A stretch of DNA of 64,000 nucleotides from Bdellovibrionales bacterium (GTDB taxonomy: Bacteria > Bdellovibrionota > Bdellovibrionia > Bdellovibrionales > UBA1609): contig JAWLHR010000001.1 in assembly GCA_041690295.1 (NCBI GenBank), positions 224,001 through 288,000 on the forward strand, read 5' to 3'. The position numbers were made by a program, and so were the translations under genes. Position 1 is the first letter of the stretch, and the number at the start of each line of letters is the position of its first letter. Below, piece by piece: positions 28,489-38,547 of the stretch. A model generated the notes under the pieces. That model did no database searches and was not told where the DNA came from. It worked only from the letters and a program-made list of their open reading frames with translations.

Positions 28489-29796
28489 TTACGCGGATTC
28501 CGCGGAATCACCCGGAGGTCCTGCCGTAGGCGACTTCGATTCACGCTGACCGAGGACCAGTTGAGGTTTCGCGCCTTTGGTGATGACGTCTTCCGTAATT
28601 ATGCATTCCTTCACGTTGGGCTTCGAAGGAATCTCGAACATGATGTCGAGCATGGCGTTCTCGATTACGCCACGTAATCCCCGTGCACCGGTATTCCGTT
28701 TGATCGCTTCCTGGGCGATAGCCCGGAGCGCGGAATCTTCGAAACGGAGCTCAACGCCCTCGTACGAAAACAGTTTATGGTATTGTTTGGTGAGCGCGTT
28801 TTTGGGTTTTACCAGAATTTCAATTAACGCGGCCTCATCCAACGGATCCAAAACGGCGATCGACGGCAAACGGCCGATGAACTCCGGAATGAGTCCGAAT
28901 TTGACCAGATCATCGGGCTCGATCTTCTGCAGAGTGTTTTCCCGGCTGCTCAACTTTTCTTCTTTGGTCCGGATGTCGGCCTGGAAACCCATTGAACGGC
29001 TGGAAATCCGGTTTTCTATCACTTTGTCCAGTCCCACGAACGCGCCACCGACGATGAACAGGATATTGGTCGTGTCGACCTGAATGAATTCCTGTTGTGG
29101 ATGTTTGCGGCCGCCCTTGGGAGGAAGATTGGCGATGGTACCTTCAAGAATTTTAAGCAACGCTTGCTGCACGCCTTCGCCACTCACATCGCGGGTGATC
29201 GACGGATTCTCGCTCTTACGCGAAATCTTGTCGATTTCGTCGATGTAGATCACGCCTTTTTGGCACTTCTCGATGTCGTAATCCGCGGCCTGCAAAAGAT
29301 TGAGGACCACATTCTCGACATCCTCACCCACATAACCGGCTTCGGTCAGGGCGGTGGCGTCCGCCATCGCGAACGGCACGTTCAAGATTTTGGCGATGGT
29401 TTGCGCGAGCAAAGTTTTACCGGAACCGGTGGGACCGATTAAAAGAATGTTCGACTTCGAAATCTCGACGTCATCCTTTTTGCCCCGGCCCTTCATAAAG
29501 TTGATTCGTTTATAATGATTGTGGACCGCGACGGACAAAGTCTTCTTCGCCTTCTCCTGGCCGATCACGTAGTCATCAAGAAAGGCCTTGATGTCGACGG
29601 GCTTGGGCACGGAAAGCTGCACTTTCGTGCTTTCTTCACGTTCACGTTCTTCGGCGATAATGTCATTGCAGAGCTCGATGCACTCGTCACAGATGTAAAC
29701 GCCAGGACCGGCAATCAGCTTTTTGACTTCCTTCTGGCTTTTTCCGCAGAAGCTGCAACACAAGGTGCCGTAGTTATTTTTGTCCTTCGTGTTCAT
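28489..29796 (-). CDS. clpX: ATP-dependent Clp protease ATPase ClpX
   Basis: CSFCGK zinc finger, [29 protein letters not shown]. Confidence 0.98.
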   Translation of the reverse strand: MNTKDKNNYGTLCCSFCGKSQKEVKKLIAGPGVYICDECIELCNDIIAEEREREESTKVQLSVPKPVDIKAFLDDYVIGQEKAKKTLSVAVHNHYKRINFMKGRGKKDDVEISKSNILLIGPTGSGKTLLAQTIAKILNVPFAMADATALTEAGYVGEDVENVVLNLLQAADYDIEKCQKGVIYIDEIDKISRKSENPSITRDVSGEGVQQALLKILEGTIANLPPKGGRKHPQQEFIQVDTTNILFIVGGAFVGLDKVIENRISSRSMGFQADIRTKEEKLSSRENTLQKIEPDDLVKFGLIPEFIGRLPSIAVLDPLDEAALIEILVKPKNALTKQYHKLFSYEGVELRFEDSALRAIAQEAIKRNTGARGLRGVIENAMLDIMFEIPSKPNVKECIITEDVITKGAKPQLVLGQRESKSPTAGPPGDSAESA

Positions 29797-30404
29797 TTGG
29801 CTTCCTTACTTGCCTTTCTCTTCTCAACCACGTGATCAACGAGCCCGAATTCTTTGGATTCCTCAGCTGATAGATAACGATCCCGATCCATGGCTTTCGT
29901 CAGGGTATCGAAGTCGAGACCTGTATGTTTTACGTATAACTCCGTCAGTTTCCGTTTCGTGTTCACCATTTCCCGGGCGTGAATTTCAATGTCACTGACT
30001 TGTCCCGAAATTCCTCCACCCGCGATTAAGGGTTGATGAATCATGGTTTTGGAGTGCGGCAGGATGTAACGTTTTCCTTTGGTGCCTGCCGTTAACAACA
30101 GTGAGCCCATACTTGCTGCCATTCCGATGCAATAAGTGCTCACATCACATTTCACGAATTGCATTATATCATAAATGGCAAGCCCCGCCGACACACTTCC
30201 GCCGGGCGAGTTGATGTACAGATGGATATCCCGATCCGGGTTCTCCATCTCCAGGAAAAACATTTGGGCGATGACCACGTTGGCGACTTCATCAGTGACC
30301 GGCGTCCCCAAAAGAATGATGCGCTCCTTTAAAAGCCGGGAATAGATGTCGTAGCTGCGCTCGCCGCGCGCGGTCTGTTCAACCACGATCGGAACTAAGT
30401 TCAT
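29793..30404 (-). CDS. clpP: Clp protease proteolytic subunit
   Basis: [29 protein letters not shown]; start MNLVP. Confidence 0.97.
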   Translation of the reverse strand: MNLVPIVVEQTARGERSYDIYSRLLKERIILLGTPVTDEVANVVIAQMFFLEMENPDRDIHLYINSPGGSVSAGLAIYDIMQFVKCDVSTYCIGMAASMGSLLLTAGTKGKRYILPHSKTMIHQPLIAGGGISGQVSDIEIHAREMVNTKRKLTELYVKHTGLDFDTLTKAMDRDRYLSAEESKEFGLVDHVVEKRKASKEAK

Positions 30405-30614
30405 ACTCACAGGCGATCTCCCACTCACACTCATTCCCCCAATATGGACTTTTTCTCAGTTCTGACAAGAACTTCTCGGTGTAACTCGAGGGAAACTGGA
30501 GCGGCCATAAAACGCTTTATTCACCTAATACGCTGTGCTAGAACCAGCCCCACGTCCAGTCGGAGTGCACCCAGTTTTTGCCGTGCGTAATCCGGCTCAA
30601 CAAAGAGGAATAAA

Positions 30615-32126
30615 ATGATCGTTCACCTGAAAAAAGGGCTTAAGTCCGAGCTCAACACTCTGGTCGTGTTCGCGACACACGATAAAAAATCAAGCAAACC
30701 TAACTTCGGTAAGTTGCCGGCTGAATTGCAAACCTGGTCACGGCACGCCGAACAAGACGGCCAATTCCGGGGTGAGGCTAAAGAAACCATGTTTTTCCGC
30801 CAGGCCAACGTCCTGGGCTACACTAATGTCCTGTTTGTCGGTCTTGGAGCCGCGGGGGCTGAGCCCGTGCGCGTCGGTGCGGCCATGGCTTATATGGCCT
30901 TGAAAAACCACAAAATCACCTCGGCCGGCATCTATGGCGATACTCTGCTGAAATTAACCAAAGATCCGGCTCACGCCATTCAAGCCGCGGCTGAAGGTTT
31001 CATGCTCTCGGCCTACGAGTTCAAAGACCACAAGGGCAAAAGCAAAACCGACGAGAAAAAAGGCAAAAAAGAAAAACCCGAGTTGCGCGAAGTCACCTTG
31101 TTGCTGACAGCCGCGCCCTCGCAGGCCCTGCACAAAGCCGTAAAGCGCGCCACGGTCCTGGCTGAATGCCAGAATTTCGCCCGCTGGCTGGGAGATCAGC
31201 CGGGCAACTACATGACGCCGACGATTCTCGCCAATGAAACCGTGAAAGCCGCGAAGGGTACGGGTTTGAAGGTGACCGTTTGGGATTTGGCCCGCATCAA
31301 AAAAGAAAAACTGGGCGGTCTGTTGGCGGTCGCACAAGGCAGCGCCGAGGAACCCCGCTTCATCATCATGGAGTACAACGGCGCCGGCAAAGGTAAAAAA
31401 CCGATTTGCTTCGTGGGCAAGGGACTGACCTTCGATACGGGCGGTATCAGCATCAAACCCAGCGCCTCGATGGAAGAGATGAAGTACGACATGTGCGGCG
31501 GCGCCGCCGTGATCGGTACCATGCTCGCCCTGGCGAAGTTGAAAGCCAAGGTGAACGCCGTTGGCTTGGTTCCCTCCACTGAAAACATGCCGGGTCCGTC
31601 GGCGTTAAAGCCGGGCGATGTTTATTACGCGCGAAACGGAAAAACGGTTGAAGTCTATAACACGGACGCTGAAGGGCGCCTCATTCTCGGCGAAGCCCTG
31701 GCGTACGGAAGTGAACTTAAGCCCGCGGCGATGTTTGATGCCGCCACGTTGACCGGCGCGATTTTGATCGCCCTTGGAAACACCCACACCGGCGTCTTCA
31801 CGCGCGACAAGAAATTGATGTCCAAAATTCAGGATGCCGCCGATACCACCGGCGAGTTGGTCTGGCCGATGCCGCTGACCGACTTCCACGTGGACGACAT
31901 GAAGGGCACCCACGCCGATTTATGTAACATCTCGGGCGGGCGAAACGCGGGAAGCTCGACGGCGGCGGCCTTCTTGGAGGCTTTCGTCGACTCGTCGATT
32001 CCGTGGGCCCACTTCGATATCGCCGGCACCGCGTGGAACATCAGTAACCGGTTCCCCTATCACCCGCGCAAAAGCGCCACGGGAATCATGGTGCGCACAT
32101 TTGTGGAGATGGCTGAAAATCTCTAA
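30615..32126 (+). CDS. pepA: Leucyl aminopeptidase (M17)
   Basis: VGKGLTFDTGGISIK, MKYDMCG, NTDAEGRL, HFDIAGT. Confidence 0.95.
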   Translation: MIVHLKKGLKSELNTLVVFATHDKKSSKPNFGKLPAELQTWSRHAEQDGQFRGEAKETMFFRQANVLGYTNVLFVGLGAAGAEPVRVGAAMAYMALKNHKITSAGIYGDTLLKLTKDPAHAIQAAAEGFMLSAYEFKDHKGKSKTDEKKGKKEKPELREVTLLLTAAPSQALHKAVKRATVLAECQNFARWLGDQPGNYMTPTILANETVKAAKGTGLKVTVWDLARIKKEKLGGLLAVAQGSAEEPRFIIMEYNGAGKGKKPICFVGKGLTFDTGGISIKPSASMEEMKYDMCGGAAVIGTMLALAKLKAKVNAVGLVPSTENMPGPSALKPGDVYYARNGKTVEVYNTDAEGRLILGEALAYGSELKPAAMFDAATLTGAILIALGNTHTGVFTRDKKLMSKIQDAADTTGELVWPMPLTDFHVDDMKGTHADLCNISGGRNAGSSTAAAFLEAFVDSSIPWAHFDIAGTAWNISNRFPYHPRKSATGIMVRTFVEMAENL

Positions 32127-32132
32127 GAGACC

Positions 32133-32840
32133 TCACTCAACACTGGTGGGCGATCGAACCTCTTCGCGATCGGAGAGTGCGAAGGAGAGGAGATCGCCCC
32201 GGACTTCGAGCATGTGGGCTTCATCCAAGTAAATGGCCTGATCCGGATTATCGAAACGGAAAACCTTCACGCGAGTCAGAACCCAGTTCTCGGGCCACTG
32301 ATCAGGAATATGTTCAAACTTCACCGTTAACGGGGTTTCACCGTCTATCTTCAATTCCCGATCACCCGGTTTTTCCGCCAACAGTTGTTCGATCGGAATC
32401 CAAATGACATCCAACGATCCGGCGTCGGAGCGCGACAGACAAGGCGCTTCGATCGACATTTCCGGCGTTTCGCCCGCGTCGGCGATGCCGATTCCCGCGA
32501 ACACGATTTCAATCCGATCATAAAGACCCTGCCGGGCGCGGGTTTGACAGGCCAGATCCAAAGCCCTTCCGCCCTTTTTGGTCAAAAACGCATTACCCAA
32601 ATGAACGCCGAGAAATCCGGCCCGCATCTCCAACTTCGCCCTCGTCAGAATTTGCTCGAAGGGCGTTTGTGAAAAGGCGGCACGGGGAACCGGAGAATAA
32701 TCCTGCAAGGACCTCACTGAAGCGGGCGCACGCTCTTCTCCGAGATAAACGTAAAGCATTCCGTCCCAGCTTGATGTGACTAAAACGTAGCCAACCAAAA
32801 GAGAAATCGAAAAGAGCGTAGGAACTTTCAACATTCGCAT
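32133..32840 (-). CDS. Membrane-anchored hypothetical protein
   Basis: N-terminal hydrophobic segment, RAPAS motif; GCCGATAA sigma-28-like -10 at 32849-32856. Confidence 0.75.
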   Translation of the reverse strand: MRMLKVPTLFSISLLVGYVLVTSSWDGMLYVYLGEERAPASVRSLQDYSPVPRAAFSQTPFEQILTRAKLEMRAGFLGVHLGNAFLTKKGGRALDLACQTRARQGLYDRIEIVFAGIGIADAGETPEMSIEAPCLSRSDAGSLDVIWIPIEQLLAEKPGDRELKIDGETPLTVKFEHIPDQWPENWVLTRVKVFRFDNPDQAIYLDEAHMLEVRGDLLSFALSDREEVRSPTSVE

Positions 32841-33012
32841 GTCACATTTTATCGGCGCACACGGTACCCGAGTAAAGTTTTGTACTTAGCCGTGTCTCAA
32901 AATGAGAACGCGTATTGTGACCAAAGTCGTGTGTGCTAAACTGGATTTACCGCGTGGGGCGGCTCCAGCACGTAGACTCCGCAAACAACAATCCCAAAAA
33001 GAAAGACGAACG

Positions 33013-33474
33013 ATGAATCAACGCAAGCAACCCATCATGCAAAAGTTCCTTTTGATCTTCACAGGTGTGCTCCTTCTCGCTTTCGTTTTCACTTGGCCGA
33101 CCCGGGACCGGCGGGGCATGATCGACCGCATCCGCATGCTGGTTGGCGCGGAACATTTGGTTTCGGAACAAACTAAAAAAGAAATCGCCGCCGAGGAAAA
33201 AGCCGGTCGCGGTTTGGCTTCAATCATCAAACCCGGACAAAAAATCAGTGGCACCAAGGAAGAGAAAAAGCGGCAACTGGTTCGCAGCATCGCCCGCTAC
33301 TGCAACGAAGATTACAACGCGAAGGTTTGCAAGCATTACCTCACCCAGTGCGGTGAATCCTGCCGAACCTTGGTTCGCAAAGAAGTCTGGAATAAGCTGA
33401 TGAGTAAAAAGAAAACCAGCGCGGAGCGAGTGGCTGCCGCCACCCAGAAATCAGCGAAATCCCGCCGCCGCTAA
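33013..33474 (+). CDS. Membrane-anchored basic hypothetical protein with 4 Cys
   Basis: Start MNQRKQ; TM, RGLAS, C-x8-C-x6-C-x3-C. Confidence 0.65.
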   Translation: MNQRKQPIMQKFLLIFTGVLLLAFVFTWPTRDRRGMIDRIRMLVGAEHLVSEQTKKEIAAEEKAGRGLASIIKPGQKISGTKEEKKRQLVRSIARYCNEDYNAKVCKHYLTQCGESCRTLVRKEVWNKLMSKKKTSAERVAAATQKSAKSRRR

Positions 33475-34733
33475 GAACAAGGGCCCTGAGCGCGATAGTT
33501 TTTAAATTGCGCGCCAAGCTCGCGAGCCTCGAGCGCCACGGCCAAGAACGCAATCCGCGCCACCCAGCCATAGCTGTTTTCCATCGGGCGCCCCTCTTTG
33601 CGGATGGGCAAATCGGACACGCAAAGCCGTTGAAAAACCGCGCCTGGTGAATTCAGGTTATCCTCGTCGCTCTTTTCGCCGTGGGCTCTTAAGAAGCCAC
33701 CCGCCAATTGGCAGCCGATCATGTAAATCACCGTTTCCGCCGTCTTGCCGTTCTCCGCCAGCACAGTGGTGGGAATTCCTTCCTGAATGATCACTTCGCT
33801 GACTTCACGACCGCCCTTGGCCGCTTTCATTTTTTTGCGGGTTTTATAATTCCACTCGCGGATTTCCTCAGGGCGACGCACCTGCACCACGCCCAATCCA
33901 TAGGTTCCGGCGTTGTTCTTAACGAACAAAAACGGCTCGCGATCGATCTTATGTTCCCGGTATTTGGATTTGATCCGCTCGTACAATTCCTCGGCGTGGG
34001 AGGCGAGCTGCAGCCGGCTGTCCTCATCATCCACGTCGAAATTCGAAAACAGCGAGGTTTCCACTTGCAGAGTCCAAGGATCCACTCCAACCCGATCGGC
34101 GAATTCGGCGATGAGTTGATTATAAATCTTGAAAAAGCGATCCTTACGTCTCCTGTACCAACCCAACTCCCTGGGCGGATTCATCGGCGTGTCCAATCCC
34201 CGGGCCCACTCCTCGTAATCCACACTGAAATCATTGTTCGAGATCAGCAAGTCAGGAACAAAACCATCCATCGAGACGCCGGAGCCGTCGCGCTCCGCCC
34301 CGTAGATCGTCAGCTGATGGCCTGAAGCGCTCGTGAGTGTGAGCGGCGCCGAGAGCGCGCGGGGGAACGCCAATCGAACTTCCCGGCCCGCGCCTTCGAG
34401 CACCTCTTTAATCACTCGCACATTGTCCCAGTAATAGGGATTTTGCGTGTGCTCCTCGGTGATCAGGCCGATCTTTAGAGTTTGCGGTGAATAGTGTTGA
34501 TCCAGGAACTCCCGGGCCACTTCCACGGCGCTCTCTTGGTCGGCCTGGCATATGTTATTGAAACCGGCGGGAAAAATATTCGCGTCCACAGGGCCGATCT
34601 TGAATCCGGCATCGCGGATGTCAAAACTCGAATAAATGGGAAAACCCAACCCTTTGGCGCGCTCCCTGAACCAGTTCTCTATGTCCTGGTCGCCGCATTC
34701 AAGAATCTTGCGATGTAACTGCTGATGGTCCAT
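33471..34733 (-). CDS. gshA: Glutamate-cysteine ligase, ATP-grasp GshA type
   Basis: YSSFDIRDAGFKIGPVDANIFPAGFNN, NNDFS, GTYGLGV, QEGIPT, NLNSPG. Confidence 0.88.
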   Translation of the reverse strand: MDHQQLHRKILECGDQDIENWFRERAKGLGFPIYSSFDIRDAGFKIGPVDANIFPAGFNNICQADQESAVEVAREFLDQHYSPQTLKIGLITEEHTQNPYYWDNVRVIKEVLEGAGREVRLAFPRALSAPLTLTSASGHQLTIYGAERDGSGVSMDGFVPDLLISNNDFSVDYEEWARGLDTPMNPPRELGWYRRRKDRFFKIYNQLIAEFADRVGVDPWTLQVETSLFSNFDVDDEDSRLQLASHAEELYERIKSKYREHKIDREPFLFVKNNAGTYGLGVVQVRRPEEIREWNYKTRKKMKAAKGGREVSEVIIQEGIPTTVLAENGKTAETVIYMIGCQLAGGFLRAHGEKSDEDNLNSPGAVFQRLCVSDLPIRKEGRPMENSYGWVARIAFLAVALEARELGAQFKNYRAQGPCS

Positions 34734-34737
34734 GGAT

Positions 34738-35472
34738 TCATTTCTTTCCGAGAATTTCTTGCAGAACAAGTGTGCCGCCAACGACGGCACCCGGAGCGAT
34801 GACGAGGGTAAATCCCGGTATGAACAATGTCAAACCAAGCGCCAACGCCATGCCGGCCCAAGTGGATCTGTTCCGCCAAATCAAACCTAATCGTTCGCGC
34901 AATCCATACTCCATGCCCTCAAAGGAATAATCGAGCAAGTCAAACGCCAGAATCATCAAGGTGAGGAAAATCGCGATGATATTCACCACGGGAATGAACG
35001 ACAAAATGAACAGCAAGACACCCAGTGACAGAAACAATATGGATTTAATGACACTCACGCGCAGCATACGAAGCGATGTCCTCAGCCACACGCCCAACAT
35101 AAAGCTTCGGTCCACTTTAAGCCCGTTCAAGATCAACGCGCGTTCGGCGAGCAATGAATAAAACGGAATGGCGAGAATGGAATGGGCGAAATAACTGACA
35201 AAAACACAGCTCACTAAAAGCAACAGACCGCCGCCGACCACCAAGGGATAATAGAGTAACTGCGACCAAAACCCGCTGGTGGTCCCCAAAATGAATGTGA
35301 CGAGCATTTCCACCCACGAGGCGAGATGTCCAAAGAGAATCCATGTGAAAACGCCGGCGATCGTGACCGCGATCAAAAACGGTACGATCGCCAACATTAA
35401 CAGGCGACGCTGAGTTAACAGAAGCCCCCAACCTCGAACCCAAAAAGACAAACCCGCCGCGAATCCGGACAT
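34738..35472 (-). CDS. EI24/CysZ-like membrane protein
   Basis: Multi-TM; AIPFYSLLAER, FIPVVN, LLDYSFE. Confidence 0.85.
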   Translation of the reverse strand: MSGFAAGLSFWVRGWGLLLTQRRLLMLAIVPFLIAVTIAGVFTWILFGHLASWVEMLVTFILGTTSGFWSQLLYYPLVVGGGLLLLVSCVFVSYFAHSILAIPFYSLLAERALILNGLKVDRSFMLGVWLRTSLRMLRVSVIKSILFLSLGVLLFILSFIPVVNIIAIFLTLMILAFDLLDYSFEGMEYGLRERLGLIWRNRSTWAGMALALGLTLFIPGFTLVIAPGAVVGGTLVLQEILGKK

Positions 35473-36530
35473 TATCGTTTCGCCTTGGCCTTAGGTTTTT
35501 TTTCCGGTGCGTCCACGATCCGGCCCTCGCGTTTGAGTCCCTCTCGTTTTTCAGCTTCTTTGGTGAGCTGATTGAACTCGGCCACTTTGGCCAGTTCCGC
35601 TTGAAGCTTGGACTCGACCTTCGCGATGTGAGTAAAAACGTTTTCGACCAATGGATTGGCCTTGGGCAGTTTCAATTTTTTCAGTTCTTGAATGACCTGC
35701 AATCCCCGCGTGTAAAACGCCCGCCGCTGGTCCACCGACTCCAATTTGAACTTCCAGATGTTCTCATAACCCATCTGGAGATCATCGGCCGCCTTGCGTG
35801 ACCAAAGCGGATGGTCGAGTTCCGTGGCTTGCAAAAGATAGGGTTGCTGCATGGAAAGGGATTGCATATAGGAGTCCGCCGACGCGGTCGCATCCCGTTG
35901 AGAATAGCTTAGCTGACCCATCAGATACATGGTTCGAGACAAGACTTCTTTACGTTTGTGATCATGGTGCCGGCCCACCATTTTCTTTAGCCCTTCACTG
36001 GCCAAGCTGAAATACTCAAGCGCCTTTTTGCGGTTACCGATGCGCGCGTAAGCCGCGGCCAAACGGGCGGGTATCTCCGCGTGCAAAGTTTCATAGGGCA
36101 GTGACTTTCCCCGTTTGCGGGCATCGAGCAAAGAGGTGATGGTCTTCGTGTCCTGACCCAAACATTCATACATGAGGCTCAGGCGAAAAAGCGCTTGCGC
36201 TTCGATCTGTTCGAATTTGCCCGCGGAACCGCGAACCGCCTCGCGATAGCGCTCCGCCGCCTTGTCACATTGGCCCAGACCTTCATAAGCCGCGCCGGAA
36301 TTATAGACGATCACCAAGTCCAACTTCGACGCCGGTTTCTCGACCAGGAGCTGATCGAAGGTTTTCGCCGCCTCCGAATAATTTTCGTTTTCCAAAGCCT
36401 TCATGCCCCGTTCGAAGGCTGGGTTTTCGCGCCCTTCATCCATCAAAAGCTCATTGATCGATGGCTTCTTCTGACTCGAGCAACCGACCAATGCGCTTAA
36501 TATTAGAAAGAAACTAAAAAATGCTTTCAC
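35472..36530 (-). CDS. TPR lipoprotein
   Basis: Lipobox LVGC; TPR helices; GTG start overlaps the upstream stop (GTGA). Confidence 0.82.
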   Translation of the reverse strand: MKAFFSFFLILSALVGCSSQKKPSINELLMDEGRENPAFERGMKALENENYSEAAKTFDQLLVEKPASKLDLVIVYNSGAAYEGLGQCDKAAERYREAVRGSAGKFEQIEAQALFRLSLMYECLGQDTKTITSLLDARKRGKSLPYETLHAEIPARLAAAYARIGNRKKALEYFSLASEGLKKMVGRHHDHKRKEVLSRTMYLMGQLSYSQRDATASADSYMQSLSMQQPYLLQATELDHPLWSRKAADDLQMGYENIWKFKLESVDQRRAFYTRGLQVIQELKKLKLPKANPLVENVFTHIAKVESKLQAELAKVAEFNQLTKEAEKREGLKREGRIVDAPEKKPKAKAKR

Positions 36531-37606
36531 GCTAAAGCCCTCCATTTCTCTTCCAAGACGGATGCCATTCGGCCCAAGTCGTCCAAGCCCTGAACGGAGT
36601 TATTGAAATCAGGAAGCCGGATCACCGGAACCGTTCCAGCCAGTTGCGAATTCAAACGTTCAAAGGCTTCCTGCCGGTGTTTGAAGTGTTCCGCGAATTG
36701 ATCATGAATGGTTTTGAGCGTTTGAAAATCCGGATTTTCGCTCCAGGACTCCGGCCACAAGTGTTCACCTTGGGCCCACTCTGGGAACCAACGATTCACG
36801 ATCACCGCTTTGAGCTTCAGGTTTTCCTGGCTGAGTTCCTGTTGGAACTCCAAAGCTTCTTTCAACTTGGTTTCGTCGAAACCGGTGACCAAGATGAATG
36901 CGGAATCTCCGCCATGTAACAATTTTTCCACATCATCGGCGACGGCGGCGATCCGCCCCCTTAAGTGGGACACATGCAGGAAAAAGTCCCGCAGTTCGCA
37001 AATGAACTTGCTGCCCGTCACGTTCTCCAAAGCGTTTAAAACCAGACGGGTGCCCTGGTGAAGCGTTCGTTTCATCCAGTTCTCGCCTTCAGTGGGATTG
37101 GCGAACCAGCTGATCACACTTTCCTGAAACAACGAATAAAGCCGCTCCGGCGCGCGCAGAAAATCCACCGCGTTTTGCGTGGGCGGCGTATCCAGAATGA
37201 TAAGATCATAATTTCCCGAGCGGTACGCGGACATCAAGCGAGCCAGCGACGTGAACTCCTGACTTCCGCTCAGATTTGAAACAAGTTGTTTGTATAGCGA
37301 GTTTTCAAAAAGCGCTTTGGCCACACCTTTATCCACGGAGCCGAGGACAAATTCATCGAACTCCCGGCGCGCGTTGATCATGGCGGCGAAAAGTCCGGCC
37401 TGTCCCGGAACGGCCACATCACGCTCGGTTGATTTCTCGATGCCGAGCGCCTGAGCCAAACGTTGCGCGGGATCGATGGTCAAAGTCAGCGTTTTCAAAT
37501 TCTCCCGAGCGGCGAGAACACCCAGACTCGCGGATAAGGACGTCTTACCGACACCGCCGGTGCCGCAGCAGATGATCACCTTATGTTGTTTTAAAAAATT
37601 GATCAC
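36527..37606 (-). CDS. ArsA/Get3-like ATPase, second of a pair
   Basis: GTGGVGKTS, TIDPAQRLA, LDTPPT, VIVNR. Confidence 0.9.
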   Translation of the reverse strand: MINFLKQHKVIICCGTGGVGKTSLSASLGVLAARENLKTLTLTIDPAQRLAQALGIEKSTERDVAVPGQAGLFAAMINARREFDEFVLGSVDKGVAKALFENSLYKQLVSNLSGSQEFTSLARLMSAYRSGNYDLIILDTPPTQNAVDFLRAPERLYSLFQESVISWFANPTEGENWMKRTLHQGTRLVLNALENVTGSKFICELRDFFLHVSHLRGRIAAVADDVEKLLHGGDSAFILVTGFDETKLKEALEFQQELSQENLKLKAVIVNRWFPEWAQGEHLWPESWSENPDFQTLKTIHDQFAEHFKHRQEAFERLNSQLAGTVPVIRLPDFNNSVQGLDDLGRMASVLEEKWRALA

Positions 37607-38475
37607 ACCGCCTCCCATCGCACCGAAAGCGCTCGAATGCGTTCCGGAATCGAGTCACCGAAAATCCAGGGGAGCTTGATGATCGGATATCCGCGCGGAC
37701 TGATCTGTTTTTCCACGCTCTCCTGCCGCTCAAGGAGCCGCGTGAGATAGGCGGCGAAGTCGTGGGCCAAGAAAGGTTCGAGCTGCGCGGTCGTCAACGG
37801 ACATTCGAGCCACCGATTCAAAACCAGAGATGGTGTTTGTTCCAATTCATTTTGAATGTCGCGAGCGAGTTCCAACCCTTCGGTGACCGGCAATTCCTCA
37901 GGCGTCACACAAACATAGTACTTCGCGGTTTCAGGGGATTTCATCACCTGCATAATGGAGCGCGAATGTTCACCCATGGGGCCGAACGGTATGGCTTCGG
38001 CCATGCCCACGGGAGCGCGCCAAAGCGCCCGGAAGTGACCGGTGGAATAACAATCAATCACCAATTCGTCATAGGGCATGCTCGGGCCGACATTGCGAAC
38101 CCCGCTGGTGATCTTTCCCAAAAGCGCCAATTCTTTAAGAGCCGGAGCCGCCCGGATCAGCGAACGCATCATCCGATTATCGAAAAACAACGTCACAAGT
38201 TTATCGATCTTCAAAAGGTGTTGCAGATATTCCCTCAGACAGGCGTCGCCTTCCCATCGGACCACTGACAAATGGGTATTGATCGATACAGGGTGGGATC
38301 CGATTTCCACATGAAAAAAATGCCGGAAATAACTTCTCTCACCCAGCTCCACCAGAAGGGTTTTGCGACCGCGGCTAGCCAATTGCCAGGCCAAGCTTGC
38401 GGCCACGGTCGACTTACCGACGCCTCCCTTACCCGAAATAAAATGGATCACCGGCCCACCCCTCTTGCGCTGCAT
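37603..38475 (-). CDS. ArsA/Get3-like ATPase, first of a pair
   Basis: SGKGGVGKST, LLGKI, IDCYSTGH, PEELPVTE. Confidence 0.88.
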   Translation of the reverse strand: MQRKRGGPVIHFISGKGGVGKSTVAASLAWQLASRGRKTLLVELGERSYFRHFFHVEIGSHPVSINTHLSVVRWEGDACLREYLQHLLKIDKLVTLFFDNRMMRSLIRAAPALKELALLGKITSGVRNVGPSMPYDELVIDCYSTGHFRALWRAPVGMAEAIPFGPMGEHSRSIMQVMKSPETAKYYVCVTPEELPVTEGLELARDIQNELEQTPSLVLNRWLECPLTTAQLEPFLAHDFAAYLTRLLERQESVEKQISPRGYPIIKLPWIFGDSIPERIRALSVRWEAV

Positions 38476-38547
38476 AATTTACTATATATAGGAGTTGGCA
38501 ATCTGCGGCATAAACGGTACACCGAACCGTCAATCGAAGGAGTGTCC

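Noticed and set aside
36527..38475. Arsenic resistance operon
   Set aside because: No arsR, arsB/acr3, arsC or arsD; two single-domain ATPases rather than the duplicated ArsA pump subunit.
38272..38547. N-terminal extensions in the ORF track for tig (also sufB, clpP, gshA, MCP, Rrf2)
   Set aside because: They overlap neighbours or lack an RBS; downstream starts fit family N-termini better.
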